In this document: positions 59,483-64,000 of the stretch, one piece after another
Layout of the letters: each line of letters starts with the position of its first letter
Numbering within the stretch: the first letter of the stretch is position 1
Assembly (NCBI GenBank): GCA_035294725.1
Contig: DATGKK010000125.1
Coordinates: 502 to 64,501 of the forward strand
Source of the DNA: Acidimicrobiales bacterium
Lineage (GTDB): Bacteria; Actinomycetota; Acidimicrobiia; Acidimicrobiales; Bog-793
Direction of reading: 5' to 3'
DNA length: 64,000 nucleotides
The notes under the pieces: generated by a model
Told to the model about the DNA's origin: nothing
The model's input: the letters and a program-made list of their open reading frames with translations, nothing else
Databases searched by the model: none
Position numbers and translations under genes: made by a program

Positions 59483-60238
59483 TCAGCGCGCCGAGAGGTC
59501 GACGATCGCCTCGTGCAAGAGCGTGGCAAGGAGGGTGCCGCCGGTGCTGACCTCGAGGCTCGCGGTGGCCCTCTCCCCGCTGCGGCGGAGCTCCCGGAGA
59601 ACGAGCGCGCCGGTGACGACGGCGTCGGCTCCCTCCCAGCCGGCGGCATAATGGCGCACCCTGCTTCGCGTGTGGACCCACGCTCCCCGGGCGAGCTGGG
59701 ACTGAACGACCTGGTTGGCGAGCGCCACGAACACGGCAGGGTGCACGAGGCCGGGAGGCAGTCCCGGGTCGGGGTCGCCCGCTCGCAGCCCGTACTCCGC
59801 TCCGTACTCGCCCTCGAGCCGGATCTCCACCGGAGTGAGGGTCTCGAGGGGGCTTGGTGCGCCCCGCCCCGTCCCACCCACGGTGTCGTCGGGAGGCGGG
59901 CCGGGCCAGGCTTGCATCTCGACGAGCGGCTCGGTCGATCGAGCTGCCGTCACGGTGACGTCGATGCCGCCGTCGGCTCGCTCCCGGCATGGCAGGAGGA
60001 GCTCGTCCCCGTCGAAGACCGGTGCCCGGAGCCGAACCTCCGCTGTTCCGTTCGTCACCCATGGGGGGCCGAAGCGGGCGATCGCCACGTGGCAGCAGTA
60101 GGCATACGACGTGACACCGGCCACGAGGGCCCGCTCGTAGCCTGCCGCCCGAGCCCCGGCGTCGGTGTGAATGGCGTTCCTCGCGTGCTCCGGGCTGTTG
60201 CGCGCAACGACGTGGAAGGTCTCCTCACCGGCCGTCAC
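59483..60238 (-). CDS. MaoC-like / double hot-dog fold dehydratase
   Basis: 251-aa ORF. ARNSPEHARNAIHTDAGARAAGYERALVAGV lies in the first half, and a second hot-dog-like half follows. Confidence 0.6.
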   Translation of the reverse strand: MTAGEETFHVVARNSPEHARNAIHTDAGARAAGYERALVAGVTSYAYCCHVAIARFGPPWVTNGTAEVRLRAPVFDGDELLLPCRERADGGIDVTVTAARSTEPLVEMQAWPGPPPDDTVGGTGRGAPSPLETLTPVEIRLEGEYGAEYGLRAGDPDPGLPPGLVHPAVFVALANQVVQSQLARGAWVHTRSRVRHYAAGWEGADAVVTGALVLRELRRSGERATASLEVSTGGTLLATLLHEAIVDLSAR

Positions 60239-60321
60239 GCCCCAAGGCTACGGGAGGGCGGCTCGCGCCGATGGCTCGATCCGAGGGCAGCGGGCTTCGG
60301 GTGCGCTCCTAGGATGCCGCG

Positions 60322-61536
60322 GTGACACTCGACGTCGAGGCCGTGAGGGCCGCCTACCCTGCACTCTCTGACGGTGCCGCCTACCTCGACGGCGCTGCCG
60401 GGACACAGGTGCCCCGCACCGTGATCGATGCGATCGCCGCTGCGTACGCCTCGGGGCTCGGCAACGTCGGGGGAGCTTTCCCGGCGAGCGCACGCTCCGC
60501 GGCGATCGTCACCGCCTGCCGGCAGGCCGTCGCCGATCTCGTGGGCGGCACACCCGAGGGCGTCGTCCTCGGGCCCAACATGACGACGATCACCTACAAG
60601 ATGGCGCTCGCCCTCGGCGCGACCTGGGAGCCGGGGGACGAGATCGTCGTGAGCCGCCTCGACCACGACGCGAACGTGCGGCCGTGGGTGCAGGCGGCCG
60701 AGCGAGCCGAGGTGACGGTGAGATGGGCGGAGGTGGACGCCGCCACCGGGACGCTCCCGGTCGAGCAGTACGGCGAGCTCGTGGGCGAGCGGACCCGCCT
60801 CGTGGCCGTCACGGCGGCCAGCAACGTGATCGGCACCCGGCCGGAGGTGCGCGCCATCGCCGATCGGGCGCACGCCGTCGGCGCGCTCGTCTACGTCGAC
60901 GGCGTCCACTGGACCCCTCACGGGCCGGTGGACGTCGGTGAGCTCGGCGCCGACTTCTACGTGACGAGCGCCTATAAGTGGTCGGGGCCCCATATCGGCT
61001 GCCTCGTGGCGGACCCGACCCTGCTGGCCCGGGTCCATCCCCCGAAGCTCGTGCCGTCGCCGGACGAGGTGCCCTGGCGCTTCGAGTGGGGGACGCCGCC
61101 GTTCGCCGACTTCGCCGGCGTGGTCGCCGCCGTCGACCACCTCGCCTCGCTTGACCCGGAGGCGGCGGCCGGCGGGGCGACCTCCCGCCGGGAGCGACTG
61201 CTCGCCTCGATGGCCTCCGTCGAGGCTCACGAGTCAGCGCTCTTCGCCTCGCTGATCTCGGCTCTCGACTCCATGGAGCACGTGACGCCCTACGGGCCTG
61301 CCTCGCGACGGGCGCCGACGGCGTTCTTCAACGTCGACGGGTGGCCTCCCGACGAGGTCGCCGCCCACCTCGCCCGGCGCGGCGTCAACGTCTGGAGCGG
61401 GGACAACTACGCCTACGAGCTCGTCACCGCGCTCGGGCTGCGCGAGAGGGGCGGCGCCGTGCGTGCCGGAGTCGTGCACTACAACGACGAGGCCGACGTC
61501 GCCCGCCTCGTCGACGCCGTGGCCGAGCTCGCCTGA
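60322..61536 (+). CDS. class-V PLP aminotransferase, cysteine desulfurase-like
   Basis: 404-aa ORF with YLDGAAGTQVP, RLDHDANVRPW, and the PLP-Lys region DFYVTSAYKWSGPHIG. Confidence 0.8.
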   Translation: MTLDVEAVRAAYPALSDGAAYLDGAAGTQVPRTVIDAIAAAYASGLGNVGGAFPASARSAAIVTACRQAVADLVGGTPEGVVLGPNMTTITYKMALALGATWEPGDEIVVSRLDHDANVRPWVQAAERAEVTVRWAEVDAATGTLPVEQYGELVGERTRLVAVTAASNVIGTRPEVRAIADRAHAVGALVYVDGVHWTPHGPVDVGELGADFYVTSAYKWSGPHIGCLVADPTLLARVHPPKLVPSPDEVPWRFEWGTPPFADFAGVVAAVDHLASLDPEAAAGGATSRRERLLASMASVEAHESALFASLISALDSMEHVTPYGPASRRAPTAFFNVDGWPPDEVAAHLARRGVNVWSGDNYAYELVTALGLRERGGAVRAGVVHYNDEADVARLVDAVAELA

Positions 61537-61642
61537 ACCGGCCTGCAGCGGCCTTTGCGAGGAGGGCTGGGCTGCCCGTCGCCGATCCTGCCTAACGTGG
61601 CAGGGAGACCCTCAGCGCGTGCAGCCCGAAGGAGCCGAGACC

Positions 61643-62875
61643 ATGCCGATCAAGGTCACCCCCGTCCCCACCCTCGACGACGCCGTCAACGACGTCCGCA
61701 TGCGGACGGCGGAGATCGTGAACGAGGAGATCCTCCCCATCGAGGACCAGCTCTGGCCCCAGCGCCGCAAGGAGAACGTCACCGACGAGGAGCGGTCGCA
61801 GGCGAAGAAGCTGCGCGAGTCGGTGAAGCAGAAGGTGAAGGACGCCGGGCTGTGGGCGCCGCACCTCCCCCAGGAGTACGGAGGGATGGGGCTCGACTTC
61901 CTCGCCCACGCCTACATGAACGAGATCCTCGCCTACGCCGTCGGTGCGGCGTCGCTGTTCGGGGTCGTGGCGCCGAACTCGGGGAACCAGACGATCCTCG
62001 TCAAGTACGGGACCGAGGAGCAAAAGGAGAAGTGGCTGCTGCCGTTGATCGAGGGGACGATGGAGTCCGGCTTTAGCATGACCGAGCCGGAGAACGCAGG
62101 CTCGGACCCCCGGTCGCTCCGCACGAGTGCTGTCCTCGATGGCCACGAGTGGGTCATCAACGGCCACAAGTGGTTCACCTCGAACGGCAAGGCGGCGGAC
62201 TTCTTCATCGTCATGTGCAGAGCGGAGAACGGCCAGATGGTGCAGATCATCGTCCCGACCGACACGCCCGGCGTCAACATCGTGCGCGGCGTCGGCATCT
62301 GGGGACACCCGACCTCGGACCACTGCGAGGTGATCTACGACAACGTGAGGGTCCCGGCCGAGAACGCTCTCGGCCAGGTGGGCGACGGCCACCGCGCGGC
62401 GCAGGACCGGCTCGGGGCAGGGCGCATCTTCCACTGCATGAACTCCGTGGGCCAGATGTGGCGCGCCTTCGACCTCACCGTCGAGCGAGCCCTCACCCGG
62501 GAGGTCCACGGCGGGCTGCTGAAAGACAAGCAGTTCATCCAGGGTTTCATCGCCGACAGCTACATCGACGTCACGACGGCGCGGCTCATGACCATCCACT
62601 GCGCCGAGAAGGTCGACCGCCAGGATCCCGAGCTGCGCACGGACATCTCCGCCCTCAAGGTCTACGTGCCGGCGGCCTACGAGCGGGTGGTCGACCGTGC
62701 GATCCAGGTCTGGGGAGCGGCCGGCGTCTCGAACGACCTCCCGCTGTCGGGCATGTACCTCGGGGCGCGCACTCTGCGGATCGCCGACGGACCGGACGAG
62801 GTGCACCGGATCCTCGTGGCGAAGAACGTGCTGCGCCGCTACGAGGCCGGAGACAGCTGGGACTTCGCCAACTGA
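61643..62875 (+). CDS. acyl-CoA dehydrogenase
   Basis: Starts at ATG 61643 (a GAAGGAG Shine-Dalgarno ends 7 nt upstream). Motifs are GFSMTEPENAGSDP, WFTSNG, and a C-terminal RIADGPDEVHR. Confidence 0.9.
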   Translation: MPIKVTPVPTLDDAVNDVRMRTAEIVNEEILPIEDQLWPQRRKENVTDEERSQAKKLRESVKQKVKDAGLWAPHLPQEYGGMGLDFLAHAYMNEILAYAVGAASLFGVVAPNSGNQTILVKYGTEEQKEKWLLPLIEGTMESGFSMTEPENAGSDPRSLRTSAVLDGHEWVINGHKWFTSNGKAADFFIVMCRAENGQMVQIIVPTDTPGVNIVRGVGIWGHPTSDHCEVIYDNVRVPAENALGQVGDGHRAAQDRLGAGRIFHCMNSVGQMWRAFDLTVERALTREVHGGLLKDKQFIQGFIADSYIDVTTARLMTIHCAEKVDRQDPELRTDISALKVYVPAAYERVVDRAIQVWGAAGVSNDLPLSGMYLGARTLRIADGPDEVHRILVAKNVLRRYEAGDSWDFAN

Positions 62876-62923
62876 TCCTGCTCGGCGGGCGGCCGCGCGG
62901 CGCCGCGCCGGCCGCCGGCCGGC

Positions 62924-63892
62924 TCAGCGACGGAACCGGCTCTTCACGAGGTCGGCGATCGCCGCCTTGCCGGTGCGCGGCTCGAAGCGGTCGCTCGCCT
63001 CGGTGAGGGCCTGGTCCTCGTCGTCGCTCAGCTCGAGGTCGGCCGCAGCGGCGTTCGCCTCCAGCTGGGCGACGCTGCTCGCCCCCGGGATGGCGACGAC
63101 GTTGGGGCGGCGGATGAGCCAGGCCAGGGCGACCTGGCTCGACGACGCATAGTGGGCCCGGGCTACCTCGTCGAGCACGCCGAGCAGCTCGCGTGCCCGC
63201 TCGAGGTTGTCGGGCAGGAAGAGCGCGTTGCCCTGGCGCGCCCTGCCCTGTGGCGGCCGCTCCTTGCTGTAGCGGCCCGAGAGCAGCCCCTGGGCGAGCG
63301 GGCTGTAGGCGATGACGACCCGGTCGTGCTCGGCTGCCCACGGCACGAGGACGTCGCCGTGCCGGCGAACCGCCAGGCTGAACTGCACCTGGTTCGAGAG
63401 GACGGGGCCGCCGAGCGCGTCGTCGGCCTGCCGCCACTGGTCGAGCGAGTAGTTGCTGACCCCCACGTGGCGGACGAGCCCGATGCGTTGCAGCTTCGCC
63501 ATCGCGCGCATCGGGGTTCCTGGAGCGAACAGCGGGTTCGGCCAGTGCACCTGGTACAGGTCGATGTGGTCGACCCCGGCTCGTGCCGCGCTCTCGAGTG
63601 CCCGCCACTCGACCACCGGCTCGAGGGGCACGAGCGGGAGGAGCTTGGTGGCGAGGAAGACCTCGTCCCGTCGCCCCTCGATGGCTCGCCCCACGATCCG
63701 CTCCGACCTGCCGAAGCCGTAGATCTCGGCGGTGTCGATGAGGGTGATGCCGAGGTCGAGCGCGCGCCGGACGATGGCGGGAGCGACCCTGGTGTCGTAC
63801 TCGGAGCCGTACCCCCACTCCCGTGCGCCGAACTGCCAGGTGCCGAGCCCGATCACCGAGAGCCGCGCTCCCCCCACCTCGATGGTGCGCAT
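62924..63892 (-). CDS. aldo/keto reductase
   Basis: Starts at ATG 63892 (preceded by GAGGAGG): MRTIEVGGARLSVIGLGTWQFG, IDTAEIYG, and VGVSNYS. Confidence 0.9.
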   Translation of the reverse strand: MRTIEVGGARLSVIGLGTWQFGAREWGYGSEYDTRVAPAIVRRALDLGITLIDTAEIYGFGRSERIVGRAIEGRRDEVFLATKLLPLVPLEPVVEWRALESAARAGVDHIDLYQVHWPNPLFAPGTPMRAMAKLQRIGLVRHVGVSNYSLDQWRQADDALGGPVLSNQVQFSLAVRRHGDVLVPWAAEHDRVVIAYSPLAQGLLSGRYSKERPPQGRARQGNALFLPDNLERARELLGVLDEVARAHYASSSQVALAWLIRRPNVVAIPGASSVAQLEANAAAADLELSDDEDQALTEASDRFEPRTGKAAIADLVKSRFRR

Positions 63893-64000
63893 CGCGACGA
63901 CCTCCTCGTGCTTGACGACCTGCCGCCAGTCTGCCGGGCTCTCCCGCCTCCGTCGACCCCAGCCGGGGCGTGCCGGCACCTCACCGGGAATCCGCAGTGC

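Noticed and set aside
1-64000. Scan for rRNA, tRNA, CRISPR arrays, IS elements, integrases and prophage genes
   Set aside because: No cloverleaf-like sequence appears in any spacer. There are no spaced direct repeats and no transposase, integrase or recombinase-like ORFs. The only accessory-type cassette is vapBC.

Overview
A 64-kb, very high-GC (over 70% by eye), densely coding chromosomal segment of actinobacterial type. I call about 53 CDS on both strands. I found no rRNA, tRNA, CRISPR array, transposase or integrase. The many long ORFs opposite real genes are high-GC shadow ORFs.

Housekeeping backbone: glnE and nadE (divergent), a group-1/2 sigma factor, a HAD-IB hydrolase, a trkA pair next to an APC permease, hppA-topA-tmk-holB, msrA, ettA plus an S4-domain protein, and mobA.

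Metabolic and accessory modules:
- acyl-CoA ligase with a DUF35/thiolase pair
- a Baeyer-Villiger monooxygenase
- a Tat-exported two-subunit GMC flavoprotein dehydrogenase
- a P450-ferredoxin-XdhC-RAM string
- a TetR-linked aminotransferase/permease pair
- a vapBC toxin-antitoxin pair
- an ABC exporter pair
- MaoC dehydratase, class-V aminotransferase, acyl-CoA dehydrogenase and aldo/keto reductase

Main observations:
1. An in-frame TGA sits exactly at the first Cys of a W-C-G-P-C motif. It joins a YVTN beta-propeller ORF to a TlpA/ResA-like redoxin ORF, and a SECIS-like hairpin starts 12 nt downstream. This is a candidate selenoprotein with an unusual architecture.
2. Six large polytopic GT-C-like membrane proteins are present. 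Three of them are translationally chained behind the Tat-exported GMC dehydrogenase.
3. An APC permease is fused in frame to an OB-fold domain.
4. A secreted-looking protein has a signal-peptide-like region with no canonical start codon.
5. Two AT-rich islands each carry a -10 box 6 nt from a GTG start, which suggests leaderless transcripts.

All family assignments come from motif recognition by eye. No database search was run.
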